DNA of 64,000 nt, from positions 1 to 64,000 of the forward strand of contig CAWFKQ010000003.1 in the NCBI GenBank assembly GCA_963816395.1. The letters are read 5' to 3'. This document shows positions 32,571-43,056 of this stretch, in pieces (the stretch's first letter is position 1; each line of letters starts with the position of its first letter). The notes under the pieces were generated by a model. That model was not told the DNA's origin, made no database searches, and worked only from the letters and a program-made list of their open reading frames with translations. A program made the translations under genes and the position numbers. The stretch is from an uncultured delta proteobacterium (GTDB taxonomy: Bacteria; Desulfobacterota; Desulfuromonadia; Desulfuromonadales; JACZKF01).

Positions 32571-32635
32571 AATTTTGAATTCTGAATTTTGAATTCCGAA
32601 TTAATTTAAAATCAAGAATTCAAAATTCAAAATTG
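32571..32635. repeat. AT-rich inverted heptamer arrays AATT(T/C)(T/C)G / CA(A/G)AATT
   Basis: AATTTTG AATTCTG AATTTTG AATTCCG AATT ... CAAGAATT CAAAATT CAAAATT. Confidence 0.85.
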
Positions 32636-32643
32636 TCTCACTT

Positions 32644-33129
32644 TTACGACCGCATATTGACAAACTGCAACTCGATGCCGAAATCCTGCCCCTTGAGGAA
32701 CTGGATCACCGCTTGCAGATCGTCGATCTGCTTGCCGGTGACCCGCACCTGCTCCTCCATGATCTGCGCCTGGACCTTGAGTTTGGAGTCCTTGATCGCC
32801 TTGACGATCTCTTTCCCCTTCTCCTTGGAAATGCCCTGGACGATCGTCGCCCGCTGACGCACCGCCACGCCCGAGGCCGGCTCCTTCTTGCCGAAATCGA
32901 GACACTTGGCTGACACATTGCGCCGCACCAGTTTTCCTTTAAGAATGTCGACGATCGCCTGCAGCTTGTAGTCGTCGGCGGCTAGCAGGACAATCCCCTC
33001 CTTTTCCAGGTCGATTTCGTTGTGCGTCCCCTTGAAGTCGTAGCGCTGCTCGACCTCCTTGCGGGTCTGGTTGACGGCGTTGTCGACTTCCTGCATCTCG
33101 ACCTTGGAAACGATGTCGAAACTGGGCAT
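32644..33129 (-). CDS. yajQ: YajQ family nucleotide-binding protein
   Basis: [19 protein letters not shown]...RYDFKG, KVQAQI...VRVTGK..DDLQ. Confidence 0.96.
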   Translation of the reverse strand: MPSFDIVSKVEMQEVDNAVNQTRKEVEQRYDFKGTHNEIDLEKEGIVLLAADDYKLQAIVDILKGKLVRRNVSAKCLDFGKKEPASGVAVRQRATIVQGISKEKGKEIVKAIKDSKLKVQAQIMEEQVRVTGKQIDDLQAVIQFLKGQDFGIELQFVNMRS

Positions 33130-33294
33130 GGCTGTTACCCTCCAGAAAGGAATTTCGGTGGAAGTCGAAGAACGTCCACCGAATCGGTAATTTATAGCAT
33201 GGAACGGCGCCGGAAGGAAAGGCCTAAGCGGCCCGGGCAGGAGATCTCCGCCCCGAAGAGCGAGCCAAGAATAATACTGCTGCTATTTCTGCTG

Positions 33295-34959
33295 CTATTT
33301 GCCGCCGGTGCCCTCGACCAGCTCCACGCGGATGATGTCCTCGGCCCCGTAGGGGATGCCGTAAAATTTATTGCCTACCAGATCGCCCATGACCCACTTG
33401 CCGGTGGAGGTCGGACCCACACCGTCGATTGACCTGCGCGAAGCGGTGCCGGTTGCCGGATCGATGATCAGGATGTCGGCAGCGGTGTACGGGACGGCAT
33501 AGATTTTACCATCCGGTCCCAGGATGGCCTCCGACCACCCTGAGCCGGAAAGATTCGCTCCCATGGTGCTGAGAGAGGCGGTACCGGCCACCGGATCGAT
33601 GATCAGAATGGCCGGGGAATCGGTATAGGGGATGGCGTAAATCTTCCCGTTGGGGGCGAGAATGCCTTCGGCATAGCGGTGACTGCTGGTAAGGGCCGCC
33701 CCCATGCTGCTGCGGGAAGCCCTCCCCGACGCCGGGTCGATGATCAGGATGTCCTGGGCATCGCGGGGTACGCCATAAATCTTTCCGTTGGCGGCGAGAA
33801 TCCCTCCGGACCACTTGTTGGAACCGGCAAGATCCGCCCCCATGGTGCTGCGGGTGGCGGTGCCGGTAGCGGGGTCAATGATCAGGATGTCTGGGGAATC
33901 GCGGGGAATACAGTAGATTTTCTTGTCCGCACCCAGAACCGCTCCCGCCCACTTGGCATCACCGGTGAGATCGAGGCCGAAGTCGGTGCGAACGGCGGTT
34001 CCGGCGATCGGGTCGATGATCAGAACGTCCGGAGCGTCGTAAGGAACGCCGTAAATCTTTCCATCCGGTCCCAGGCACCCGCTCGCCCACTTAGAGGAAC
34101 CGGAGATACTGGCCCCCATGGTGCGGCGAGTGGCGGTGTCGGCCGCCGGATCGATGATGAGGATGTCATCGGCTCCGTAGGGGATACCGTAAATCCTGTT
34201 GTCCGGACCCCTGACGCCAGCCCACCACTTGGCCTCCGTCCCGGAGATGTCGGCGCCGAACTTCCCGATCGTGACGGCGATGTCCATCGTCGTTACCGCC
34301 GTTGCCGCCGTTACCGTCACGAGATCGGCGGCGCTGTCCGCCAGGCCGTCGTTAACCACCAGCCGGAAAACATAGGCGCCATCAATGTCGGCAGTGAAGG
34401 TTGGACCGACTGCTGTGGCGTCACGTAAAACCGCGCCACTTCCCGCAGGGGCGGCTAACATTGTCCAGGCATAGGTCAGCGCATCGCCATTGGCGTCGGC
34501 GCTGCCGCTACCATTTAGCCGCACCAGTGACCCGGTCATCACTTTCTGGTCCATGCCGGCGTTGGCTACGGGGGCAGAGTTCGCCGTTGCCGCCGTTACG
34601 GTCACGGTGTCGGCGACGCTGTCAACCAGGCCGTCGTTGACCACCAGCCGGAAAACATAGGCGCCGTCCAGGTCGGCGGTTATGGTTGGATTGACCACCG
34701 TAGCATCGCTCAAAACCGTGCGGCTATCAGGGGGGGCCGATTGAATCGTCCACGCGTAGGTCAGAACCTCGCCGTCGGCAGCTGCGCTACCACTACCATC
34801 CAGCCGCACCAATGACCCGGTTATGACGTTCTGGTCCAGGCCGGCGTCGGCCACAGGTGCGGAGTTTGAGGTCTTATCGGTCGTGTCGCTGCTGCCCCCG
34901 CCACACGCTATAAGACTTAATAGGGCTACCAGACAAAGCGCTCCAGCTTGGATTCTCAT
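33295..34959 (-). CDS. Lipoprotein with two PKD-like domains and seven beta-propeller-like repeats
   Basis: LIA-CGGG lipobox; 2x NSAPVA(D/N)AG.DQ...L.GSGS; 7x G..G.DGKIY.(I/V)P...ILIIDP. Confidence 0.85.
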   Translation of the reverse strand: MRIQAGALCLVALLSLIACGGGSSDTTDKTSNSAPVADAGLDQNVITGSLVRLDGSGSAAADGEVLTYAWTIQSAPPDSRTVLSDATVVNPTITADLDGAYVFRLVVNDGLVDSVADTVTVTAATANSAPVANAGMDQKVMTGSLVRLNGSGSADANGDALTYAWTMLAAPAGSGAVLRDATAVGPTFTADIDGAYVFRLVVNDGLADSAADLVTVTAATAVTTMDIAVTIGKFGADISGTEAKWWAGVRGPDNRIYGIPYGADDILIIDPAADTATRRTMGASISGSSKWASGCLGPDGKIYGVPYDAPDVLIIDPIAGTAVRTDFGLDLTGDAKWAGAVLGADKKIYCIPRDSPDILIIDPATGTATRSTMGADLAGSNKWSGGILAANGKIYGVPRDAQDILIIDPASGRASRSSMGAALTSSHRYAEGILAPNGKIYAIPYTDSPAILIIDPVAGTASLSTMGANLSGSGWSEAILGPDGKIYAVPYTAADILIIDPATGTASRRSIDGVGPTSTGKWVMGDLVGNKFYGIPYGAEDIIRVELVEGTGGK

Positions 34960-35198
34960 TATCTGCTCCCGAAGTAGCCTCCCTCACAGGGAGGCGGCTA
35001 TAACTGGCGTTTTTAGCCGGTCAGCACAAGGCGGGCAGCAGCGAATTGTCCTCTCTTGCCTCCAGACCTGAAAATAATTAAGAAAAACTAGAAAATTCCA
35101 TACAATAAAACAATATTAATTTAAATCAGGCGGGGAGAATTGCAAGTCCAAGGTCGCGCGTCATTTTGCAATGGCAGCCAAATTCAGGGACGGACTTG

Positions 35199-35969
35199 CT
35201 ACGAACCTGGTGCGGTGCTGTTTGGGTGCAGGACTTCGATTCCGGCGGGAATGGTGAACTGGAAAAGGCGGTCGGGCAGGTCGACATTGACCCGGACGTG
35301 GCTGAAGGCGATATGGGTACTGTTGCCGCTCGGGTCGTACACGGTGGTGGAGCGGATGGGGAAGACGGCTCGGGTTTTTCCCGGGGCGCCGGCAGCGGAC
35401 ACCGCCTGGGGATCGATGGTCACCAGAAGATGTTCGAGCATCGGCGACGGTTTGCGGGGGCGCAGTTCGAGGACATAGTTCCCCTCGGAGTCCCGCCCGG
35501 GCGATGCCCAGGTGATCTGAAAATCCCGCGACAGATTGCCCAGGCCGCTGAGGAAGGTCATCGGGTCCTCGGGGCGATCGGCGGCGGTGAGGTCGATCTC
35601 CGACTCGATGACCTGTCTATTTTCCGGCACATAGACCCACATGGTGCGGCCATTGGAGACAATCACCTGCTCCGTCGGCTGTGTGTAATCCCAGCGAAAT
35701 TTGGTGAGCGGCGGCCGGTCCGGGGAAACCCGTTCGAATTTCACCGCCACCTCGCCGCTGCCGTGCTGCAGACGGTCAAGGGAAGCGATGCGCGACTCCT
35801 GAGTGAAGTCGGCGCGGAACCCGGCGATCCCCGAAGACTTTCCGGCACCCGGCCGGAAGGGAGCTTCCAGCGCCTGAATGACCCGGTTCAGCTCGGTCTG
35901 GGCCGCCTGCACCGGTGCTTCGGGGAGCAGAAAGGCCAGCGCCAGTGCCAGGGAAAGGAATATTTTCAT
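35199..35969 (-). CDS. lolA: Outer-membrane lipoprotein carrier protein
   Basis: ADFTQES, KFRWDY..P.EQVIVSNG..MWVY.PE..QV, FQFTIPAG. Confidence 0.88.
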   Translation of the reverse strand: MKIFLSLALALAFLLPEAPVQAAQTELNRVIQALEAPFRPGAGKSSGIAGFRADFTQESRIASLDRLQHGSGEVAVKFERVSPDRPPLTKFRWDYTQPTEQVIVSNGRTMWVYVPENRQVIESEIDLTAADRPEDPMTFLSGLGNLSRDFQITWASPGRDSEGNYVLELRPRKPSPMLEHLLVTIDPQAVSAAGAPGKTRAVFPIRSTTVYDPSGNSTHIAFSHVRVNVDLPDRLFQFTIPAGIEVLHPNSTAPGS

Positions 35970-36018
35970 ATGCAACTCCAGTGAAATTGTTGATCAGGGC
36001 GGGAGCCGCTTGGTTCTC

Positions 36019-36053
36019 CCTAACTATCTCACTACCTAACTGCCTCACTGCTC
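36019..36053. repeat. Octamer array CT(A/C)ACT(A/G)(C/T) after the cheD stop
   Basis: CTAACTAT CTCACTAC CTAACTGC CTCACTGC. Confidence 0.7.
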
Positions 36054-36545
36054 CTACAGGACAACCAGTTTATCACTGCCGCGCACCGAACGCACCCGGA
36101 TCTCGCCGGTCGCCAGGTCAAACTCCACGGTCCGCCCGTGATTTCCCCCCACGGCCTCCCCCTGCACCGGCAGCTGCAGTTCCCGCAGCGTTTCCCGGGC
36201 GGCGCGGATGTTGCGGGCGCCGATTCCTTCCTCGGCATGGGCATGGAGAGGCTCGAACATGTTGGCGCCGCCGATCAGCCGCGTCCGCAGGTGCTCTCTG
36301 ACCGCTCCCTGGGCGAGCAGTTCCTGCAGCATCCGGTGAATGGCCGTTTCGACGAATTTGCCGGGGCGACTCTCCCGCATGCCCGGCAGGGGATGGGGGA
36401 GCAGGGTGTGGGCCAGCCCCCCCAGGCTCTGCTGCGGGTCGAAGAGGGCGATTCCCAGGCAGGAACCGAGGCCGTAGGTGACCAGGACCAGCGGTGCCCG
36501 GGCCACCCGGAATTCCGAGATGCCGACCCTCTCTTTCCGTTTCAC
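36054..36545 (-). CDS. cheD: Chemoreceptor glutamine deamidase
   Basis: GLGSCLGI, AHTLLP, GGANMF, IGARN, VGG..GR. Confidence 0.93.
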   Translation of the reverse strand: MKRKERVGISEFRVARAPLVLVTYGLGSCLGIALFDPQQSLGGLAHTLLPHPLPGMRESRPGKFVETAIHRMLQELLAQGAVREHLRTRLIGGANMFEPLHAHAEEGIGARNIRAARETLRELQLPVQGEAVGGNHGRTVEFDLATGEIRVRSVRGSDKLVVL

Positions 36546-37159
36546 GGGTGCTGCTCCACCGCGTCAAGGACGACCTGCAGCGAGGCCGGGTCGGGGAGCA
36601 GAAAAAAGTGGCCGCGGACCGCCTGCTCACTTTTCCGCCCGTGGAACTCCGTTTCCACCATCAGCGCCTGGTCGCCGGCCTGGCTCAGCTGAATGAGAAC
36701 ATAGTCGACCACCGCCCCGGCCATGTCGAAGGCCAGCAGGGGAACCGAGGGGATCAGGGTCATCTGCAGCAGGCTGCCGAGGGCATTCAGGTAGGCGGAG
36801 GCCAGAATGTTGGCCACTTCCTTGAGGGTGGAGGCGCCGAGTTCGTGCATCACCAGCCCCTTCTCCTGCTGGCCGAGAAGAGTGGTAAGGAGATAATGGG
36901 CGCTTTCCCGGGGGAAAATCAGCAGGATGTTGCCGCGGGCGTCGCCCAGGATCTGGAGGGTGATGCCGACGACCACCTGTTCGGCTCCCCCCAGCAGTTC
37001 GGGGACTTGGGCGATATCGGTCACCTCCACCCGCGGCACCCGGAGCAGAATGGTCTCCCCGATCAGCTGCGACAGGGCGGTAGCGGCGTGCCCCATGCCG
37101 ATGTTGCTGATTTCCCTCAGGGCGTCAAGCTGCCCTGCCGTCAACCGGGTGAAGGTCAT
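36542..37159 (-). CDS. cheC: CheC phosphatase
   Basis: DALREISNIGMGHAATALSQL, STLKEVANIL. Confidence 0.92.
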   Translation of the reverse strand: MTFTRLTAGQLDALREISNIGMGHAATALSQLIGETILLRVPRVEVTDIAQVPELLGGAEQVVVGITLQILGDARGNILLIFPRESAHYLLTTLLGQQEKGLVMHELGASTLKEVANILASAYLNALGSLLQMTLIPSVPLLAFDMAGAVVDYVLIQLSQAGDQALMVETEFHGRKSEQAVRGHFFLLPDPASLQVVLDAVEQHP

Positions 37160-39035
37160 GGCTGCGCTCCTTGCGGCCGGTGAGACGGCCGGGCTTTCCT
37201 TCCAGCAGGGTTTGGGGATCGATGATGAAGATGACGCTGCCGTCGCCGAGAACGGTGGCGCCGCTCACTCCCGGCAGGCGATCGAGGGGAAAGCCGAGGC
37301 TCTTGACGAAAGCCTGCCGCTGCCCGGCCAGGCGGTCGACCACCAGGGCCACCCGGCGGCCGCGCGCCTCGGTCAGAACCAGGGATACCGTCTCCCCCGG
37401 TGCCTGGGTGGGCAGGCCGAGAATCTTGCGCAGCGAGAGAAGAGGCACTTCCTCCCCGCCGATGGTCGCTACCGCCTGCTTTCCCCGCGCCCGGACCTCG
37501 GTGCGGGCAAGCTCTTCCGCCCGCAGCAGCCGGGTGAAGGGAATGCCGAGGACGTGCCCGGCGCACTCCACCAGCAGCAGATTGATGATCGCCACCGACA
37601 ACGGCATCTTGAGCAGAAAACGAGTCCCCTGGCCGGCAGCTGATTCGATGACGAGGGAGCCGCCCAGAGATTCCACGGCGGACTTGACGACGTCCATTCC
37701 CACGCCCCGGCCAGAGGTTTCGGTGATGCTGGCGGCGGTGGAAAAACCGGGCAGGCAGACCAGGTGCAGGGCGTCGGCCGGGCGCATCGATTTTGCCTGC
37801 GCCGGGGTGATCAGGCCCTTGTCGGCTGCCGTGCGGCAGAGCACCGCGGGATCCATCCCCCTGCCGTTGTCGGCCACTTCCAGCAGCACCTGATCCTTGT
37901 CACGCCAGGCGCGCACGAGCACCTCGCCGCGCTGTTCGATACCGTGGTCGACGGCATTGCGCACCAGGTGCATCAGCGGGTCGGCCAGCCCCTCCATGAT
38001 CGCCCGGTCGAGTTCAACCTCCTGTCCCTCCAGGCGCAGGGCGGCATTCTTGCCGGTACGGCGGCACAGTTCGCGGACCAGGCGCGGCAGGCGCCCGGTG
38101 ATGCTCTCCAGGGGCATCATTCTGGCCCGCAGCACGTAATGGTGCAGGGTGCCGATCAGCCGCACCTGCTGATCCAGACCTTCACGCAGCTCGGGCCAGC
38201 GCTTCTCCCGGAGGGCCGACTGCAGGATGTAGCGGTTGGTGATCAGCTCCCCGGTCAGGTCGATGAAACGGTCGAGCAACTCGGTGTTGATCCGGACCGA
38301 GCGTACCGCATCTTCCCGGCGCGATTGAAAGGGGGCGTCCCCGCCAGCGGAGAGACTCACCCGCTCGACATCGCTCATCCGCAGCAGGATCTCCCGCACT
38401 TCGGCGGCAGTGCGCCCGGTCTTTACCTGGACCGTCACCCCGTCCAGCGCCCCGCCGCGGGCGAGTTCCTCTTCTTCCGGCCGACTGGCGACCACCTGCC
38501 CCAGTCGCCCCAACTCCCGCAGCACCAGCAGGGCGCGGGCGGCCGGAGCGGTAGTTCCCGCAACGAATTTAACGACCACCTGCAGCAGGTCGGGCGCGGC
38601 CGGCGGAGTCTCCAGCGGATCTGTCGGCCCCCCCGCCGGCGGTTCGCCGGCAGCCGGCGCCGGCTCGTCTGCGCCGGTCGGGCCGGCCTGCAGAAAAGAA
38701 GCGGTTTCCCGCTCAGGGCGATTGCCTTCCAGGTCCTCTACCAGCCCTTCCAGCAGGTCGAAACCGGTCTGCAGGCGGCCGATCGCCGCCGCCGGCACCA
38801 AGCCTTCCCGGCGGCAGGAATCCATCAGGTCTTCCAGGTGATGCGCCAGTGCCGTGGTCCGCTCATAACCCATGGAGGCGGCCATCCCCTTGACCGAATG
38901 AACCTCGCGGAACAAGGCATCGATTCCTTCCCGCTCGGCTGGATTCGGTGCCAGACCGGCGAGCAGATCGTTCATTTTCTGCAGGTGCTCCCGTGTTTCA
39001 CTGAGGAACATCTCGCGGTATTTGGACATATCCAT
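37125..39035 (-). CDS. cheA: Chemotaxis histidine kinase
   Basis: Hpt FREVHSVKGMAA, HLVRNAVDHG, DNGRG, SGRGVGMDVVK, C-terminal CheW domain; the true stop may be 37156. Confidence 0.95.
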   Translation of the reverse strand: MDMSKYREMFLSETREHLQKMNDLLAGLAPNPAEREGIDALFREVHSVKGMAASMGYERTTALAHHLEDLMDSCRREGLVPAAAIGRLQTGFDLLEGLVEDLEGNRPERETASFLQAGPTGADEPAPAAGEPPAGGPTDPLETPPAAPDLLQVVVKFVAGTTAPAARALLVLRELGRLGQVVASRPEEEELARGGALDGVTVQVKTGRTAAEVREILLRMSDVERVSLSAGGDAPFQSRREDAVRSVRINTELLDRFIDLTGELITNRYILQSALREKRWPELREGLDQQVRLIGTLHHYVLRARMMPLESITGRLPRLVRELCRRTGKNAALRLEGQEVELDRAIMEGLADPLMHLVRNAVDHGIEQRGEVLVRAWRDKDQVLLEVADNGRGMDPAVLCRTAADKGLITPAQAKSMRPADALHLVCLPGFSTAASITETSGRGVGMDVVKSAVESLGGSLVIESAAGQGTRFLLKMPLSVAIINLLLVECAGHVLGIPFTRLLRAEELARTEVRARGKQAVATIGGEEVPLLSLRKILGLPTQAPGETVSLVLTEARGRRVALVVDRLAGQRQAFVKSLGFPLDRLPGVSGATVLGDGSVIFIIDPQTLLEGKPGRLTGRKERSHDLHPVDGRAA

Positions 39036-39062
39036 AGGGTCAGATCCGCCTCGCTTTTCGCT

Positions 39063-39434
39063 TCACAGAAGTCCGGTTACCCGTCGGACCACTTCCAGCA
39101 CCCGCTGTTCCTTGAACGGTTTGATGATGAAATCGCGAGCCCCCGCCCGTACCGCCTCGATGACCAGCGATTCCTGCCCCAGGGCGCTGCACATGACGAC
39201 GCAGGCGCCCGGATCCTCCCGGCTGATCTCTTCCAGGGCTTCGACGCCGCTCTTGAGCGGCATGACGATGTCCATCGTCACCAGGTCCGGCTTCAGCCGG
39301 CGATAGGCTTCGATCGCCGCCACCCCATCCCCTGCTTCACCCACGACGTCGAAGCCGGCCCTGGCGAAGATCTCTCTCAGCATGTTGCGCATGAACAGGG
39401 CATCATCGACGATCAACACCTTGAGGCCCATCAT
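39063..39434 (-). CDS. cheY: Single-domain chemotaxis response regulator
   Basis: VDDALFMR, MDIVMP, CSALGQ, KPF. Confidence 0.93.
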   Translation of the reverse strand: MMGLKVLIVDDALFMRNMLREIFARAGFDVVGEAGDGVAAIEAYRRLKPDLVTMDIVMPLKSGVEALEEISREDPGACVVMCSALGQESLVIEAVRAGARDFIIKPFKEQRVLEVVRRVTGLL

Positions 39435-39862
39435 CTCCTCCTCTGGTCCAGTGGTCGCAGGCTGGCCATCAGCCTATTGATATCAAGCAGGTTGATCATC
39501 TCCCCTCCCCAGTCGAACTGGCAGCGGATGCAGAAATCCTCCTCCCGCATCTCCTGGTGAGGCACCAGGGCGTCCGGGTCGAGGGGGACGATCCGCCGCA
39601 GAGCGGTGACAGTGAAGGCAAGCGGGCACAGCTGGGGCGGCAGAACGATCACCCGCGAATCCCGGCTGCCGCCGGCGATCCCCAGGTGTCCGGCGAGATC
39701 GAGAACCGGCAGGATGCTGCCGTGGAAGTTGATGGCGCCGGAGAAGACAGCGGGAGCCATGGGAATATAGAAGAGCGCCGGCGATTCGACGATCTCCTGC
39801 AGACAGTCCACCTCCAGTCCGTAAGGCCGCTCGCCGAGGCGGAATAGCAGAACCTGCTGCAT
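39431..39862 (-). CDS. cheW: CheW adaptor
   Basis: YGLEV..LQEI, GAINFHGSILPVLDL. Confidence 0.85.
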   Translation of the reverse strand: MQQVLLFRLGERPYGLEVDCLQEIVESPALFYIPMAPAVFSGAINFHGSILPVLDLAGHLGIAGGSRDSRVIVLPPQLCPLAFTVTALRRIVPLDPDALVPHQEMREEDFCIRCQFDWGGEMINLLDINRLMASLRPLDQRRR

Positions 39863-39864
39863 CT

Positions 39865-41136
39865 TCAGGCCTTTTCCTCTTCCAGGCGGAAGCGCTTGAT
39901 GCGGTCGAAGAGTTCCTTGGCCAGCGTGGAGAGCGCCTGGGCGGATTGGGCCAGTTCTTCCATGCCGGCGGACTGCTCCTGGGTGGAGGCGGAGACCTCC
40001 TCGGTGGCGGCGGCATTGTCGGTCACCACCCGGGAGATCTCGTCGATGGCCGTCACCATGCTGGCGGCCCCCTTGGTCTGGCTCTGCGACAGCTCGGCGA
40101 TACTGATCGCCTTGCCCTGGGTGTCGAGAGCGGTCTTGATGATCTCGCCGAAGGCGTTGCCGGTCGAATCGATGGCGCTGCGCCCGGCGTTGATTTCCTC
40201 GATGGTCTCCTGCATGGAGCCCTGGACCTTCTGGCTTTCCTCCCGGATCTTTTCGATCAGGACGGTGATCTCCCCCGCCGACTGGCCGGTGGAGTCGGCG
40301 AGTTTGCTGATTTCCTCGGCGACCACGGCGAAACCACGGCCGTACTCCCCGGCGCGCGCCGCCTCGATGGTGGCGTTGAGCGCCAGCAGGTTGGTTTTCT
40401 GGGCGATGCCGGTGATCACCTCGACGATCTTGCCGATCTTCTGCACCTGGCTATTGAAGGAGCGCAGCCTGTCGCCGCCGGTTTCCACGTCGTCGAGCAC
40501 CTGCTTCATCCTTTTCAGGGTGCTGCGGGCCGTTTCCCCGCCGCTCTGGGCGGTGAGGACGGTGTCATTGGCGGAGGCGGCCACCTTCTTCGCCGAATCG
40601 GCGATCAGGTCGATGGAAAAGGCGATCTCCCGGATCAGGCGGGAGGATTTTTCCACCATTTCGGCCTGGGTTTCCGCCCCCCGGCTGATCTGCTCGATGG
40701 AATTGGAGATTTCGTGGGCGGCGGTGGTCGTCTGCTGCGAGGTGATGGACACCCCCTGGGCGGCCTCGGCCACCTTCAGGGAGGAGTCGCGGATATAGCC
40801 GACCAGTTCCCGCAGACTGGCGACCACTCGGTTCAGCGACTCGGCCAGATCCACCGTCTCGTCGGGGAGGTAGGTTCGGCCCAGTTCGACATTCCGGGAC
40901 AGGTCGCCGCCGCTGAGGCGCTCGGCGGCGTCGGTGAGGACCCGGATGTTGGCGGAGAAGGCGCGGGAGAAGATCAGGCCCAGCACGGAACCGACCAGAA
41001 GAGCGCAGAAGACCATGAACGTCTGCCGCCACTCCACATCGATGCCGAGGTAGGGGATCAACAGGTTCACCAGGACAATGGAAGCGATGACGGCGATGAA
41101 CCCCATGATGAATTTGTAGCTGATACTGATGCGCAT
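39865..41136 (-). CDS. Methyl-accepting chemotaxis protein without a periplasmic sensor domain
   Basis: Two TM helices about 10 aa apart, [33 protein letters not shown]. Confidence 0.93.
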   Translation of the reverse strand: MRISISYKFIMGFIAVIASIVLVNLLIPYLGIDVEWRQTFMVFCALLVGSVLGLIFSRAFSANIRVLTDAAERLSGGDLSRNVELGRTYLPDETVDLAESLNRVVASLRELVGYIRDSSLKVAEAAQGVSITSQQTTTAAHEISNSIEQISRGAETQAEMVEKSSRLIREIAFSIDLIADSAKKVAASANDTVLTAQSGGETARSTLKRMKQVLDDVETGGDRLRSFNSQVQKIGKIVEVITGIAQKTNLLALNATIEAARAGEYGRGFAVVAEEISKLADSTGQSAGEITVLIEKIREESQKVQGSMQETIEEINAGRSAIDSTGNAFGEIIKTALDTQGKAISIAELSQSQTKGAASMVTAIDEISRVVTDNAAATEEVSASTQEQSAGMEELAQSAQALSTLAKELFDRIKRFRLEEEKA

Positions 41137-41174
41137 AATCCGCTCCTAAGGCCGAAAACAGGATGCAAAAACGA

Positions 41175-42056
41175 TCATGGAAAAAAACTTCCCGCCGCCG
41201 AACGGTCGACCCGCCGGTAGATCCGTTCCCCGGCGTTTTCGCTCTGGAATAGCCGGCGGGCCTCCCCCACCAGCGTCTCCGCTTTCCCCAGCACGAGCAT
41301 CCCCCGGGGGCGCAGAGCGGCGGCGAAGCGGCAGAGAATGTTCTCCTGCTCGATGCGGGAAAAATAGATCATGACGTTGCGGCAGAGGATGAGATCCGCC
41401 GCCGGGTAAGGTGTCGGCGAGAGGATGTCCTGCTGGCGAAAGCGCACCCGCTGGCGGATCTTCGCGTCGAGCCGCCAGCCCCCCGGTTCGGCGATGAAAT
41501 AGCGGCTGATGGTTTCTTCGGGCACCTCCGCCAGCCGCGCCCGGTCGAACAGCCCCTCGCGCGCCCGCGCCAGCACTTCGCCGCTGATATCGGTTCCCAG
41601 GATCGCCGCCCGCGATCCGCCGGGCAGTTCCTCCAGCAGCAGGGCCAGGGAATAGGGCTCTTCCCCGCCGGCGCAGCCGACGCTCCAGATCCGCAGTCCA
41701 GAATTACCGGTGGTATCGGCCCGGCGGATCAGCTCCGGCAGCACTTGCCCCTCGAGGACGGCGAAGGTCGAGGGATTGCGGAAGAACTGGGAGACGTGAA
41801 TGGATAGGGTGGCCAGCAGGGCATCTATTTCCGCCGGCTCCCGCTCCAGCACCTGCAGGTAGGAACGGATGTCATGCAGCCCCAGCGCGCGGACCCGTTT
41901 GGCGATGCGGCGCTTGATGCACGGGTCCTTGTACATGCCGAGATCGAATCGGCGGCGCTGCAGCAGCAGCTCACGCAACTCCGTGAAGGCCTCGGAGGGA
42001 AAATCGCTCCCGACGAAAGGGGCGGATGAGAAACTCCACTCCACGGTCAACGGCAT
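41175..42056 (-). CDS. cheR: Chemotaxis methyltransferase
   Basis: SQFFRN, WSVGCAGGEEPYSLA, DLILCRNVMIYF. Confidence 0.93.
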   Translation of the reverse strand: MPLTVEWSFSSAPFVGSDFPSEAFTELRELLLQRRRFDLGMYKDPCIKRRIAKRVRALGLHDIRSYLQVLEREPAEIDALLATLSIHVSQFFRNPSTFAVLEGQVLPELIRRADTTGNSGLRIWSVGCAGGEEPYSLALLLEELPGGSRAAILGTDISGEVLARAREGLFDRARLAEVPEETISRYFIAEPGGWRLDAKIRQRVRFRQQDILSPTPYPAADLILCRNVMIYFSRIEQENILCRFAAALRPRGMLVLGKAETLVGEARRLFQSENAGERIYRRVDRSAAGSFFP

Positions 42057-42071
42057 TCTCCACTGGGTGAT

Positions 42072-43056
42072 TCACCCGGCAAAATGATCGAAACCGCCCC
42101 GCCCCGGCTGCCGGAGCTGTCCTTGAGAATCGATGAGGAACAGGCCGGGCTCGGCGGTCACGATCCCCACCCGGGTCAGCGGCAGGTCGGCAGTCGCCAG
42201 GTGCTCCACCTCCCCCGCTCGCGCCGCCGGCACGGTAAAGAGCAGCTCATAATCCTCGCCGCCGGAGAGGGCCAGGGCCGCCGCCTCCGGCTCCGCGTCC
42301 AGGGCGGCCCGGAAGGGCTCCGACAGGGGCAGAGCGGCCTCCTCCAGGCGGGCGCCGACGGCGGCGGCCGTCAGCAGGTGGCCCAGATCGGCCAGCAGGC
42401 CATCCGAAAGATCGATCATCGCCGTCGGCAGCCGCGCCGCCGCCAGGGCCCGTCCCAGCGTGGTGCGGGCCGCGGGATCATGGTGGCGGCGCGCCAGGTA
42501 CGGGTGCGGCGTCGCACCGGCAACCAGCCGGCGCAAAGCCAGGGCACTGTCCCCCAGCGTCCCCGAGACGTAGATGGCATCCCCGGGACGGGCGCCGTCG
42601 CGCGACACCACTTCCTCGGCCGGCACGGAGCCCTCCGCCGTCACCGAGATCAGCAGCGGTCCAGGGGAGCGGCAGGTATCGCCGCCGGCCAGCACCGCCC
42701 CATATTCCCCGGCGGCTTCCAGGAAGCCGGCCAGAAACTGGTCGAGTTCGGCCAGGGCAATCTCCCCCGGCAGACCGAGGGCGAGGTAGAGAAACCGCGG
42801 GATCCCCCCCATGGCGGCGATATCGCTGACGTTCACCGCCACGCTCTTGCGCCCCAACAGGCGCCAGTCGGTCCATGGCCGGCGGAAGTGAATCTCCTCG
42901 ATCAGCAGATCGGTGGTGGTCAGCAGCAGCTCTCCCGGCGGGAGTTCCACCACGGCGCAGTCGTCGCCGATCCCCCGGCGCAGTCCGGAGGCGGTGCCGA
43001 ACGGCGCTGCGGATTCGCTCGATGAAACCGAATTCCCCGATTTCCGCAAGCTTCAT
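42072..43056 (-). CDS. thiL: Thiamine-monophosphate kinase (5' frameshift)
   Basis: GEFGFIERI, GIGDDCA, NVSDIAAMGG, DLSDGL, GGEDYEL, GFDHF. Confidence 0.94.

Noticed and set aside
33400..34230. CRISPR-like regularly spaced repeats (GATCGATGATCAGGATGTC)
   Set aside because: The ~129-nt period matches protein repeats inside an ORF; no unique spacers or cas genes.
34960..35060. Cyclic-dinucleotide (GEMM-I) riboswitch upstream of the PKD lipoprotein
   Set aside because: A hairpin (GCCTCCCT/GGGAGGC) lies near the RBS, but the GEMM consensus elements are absent.
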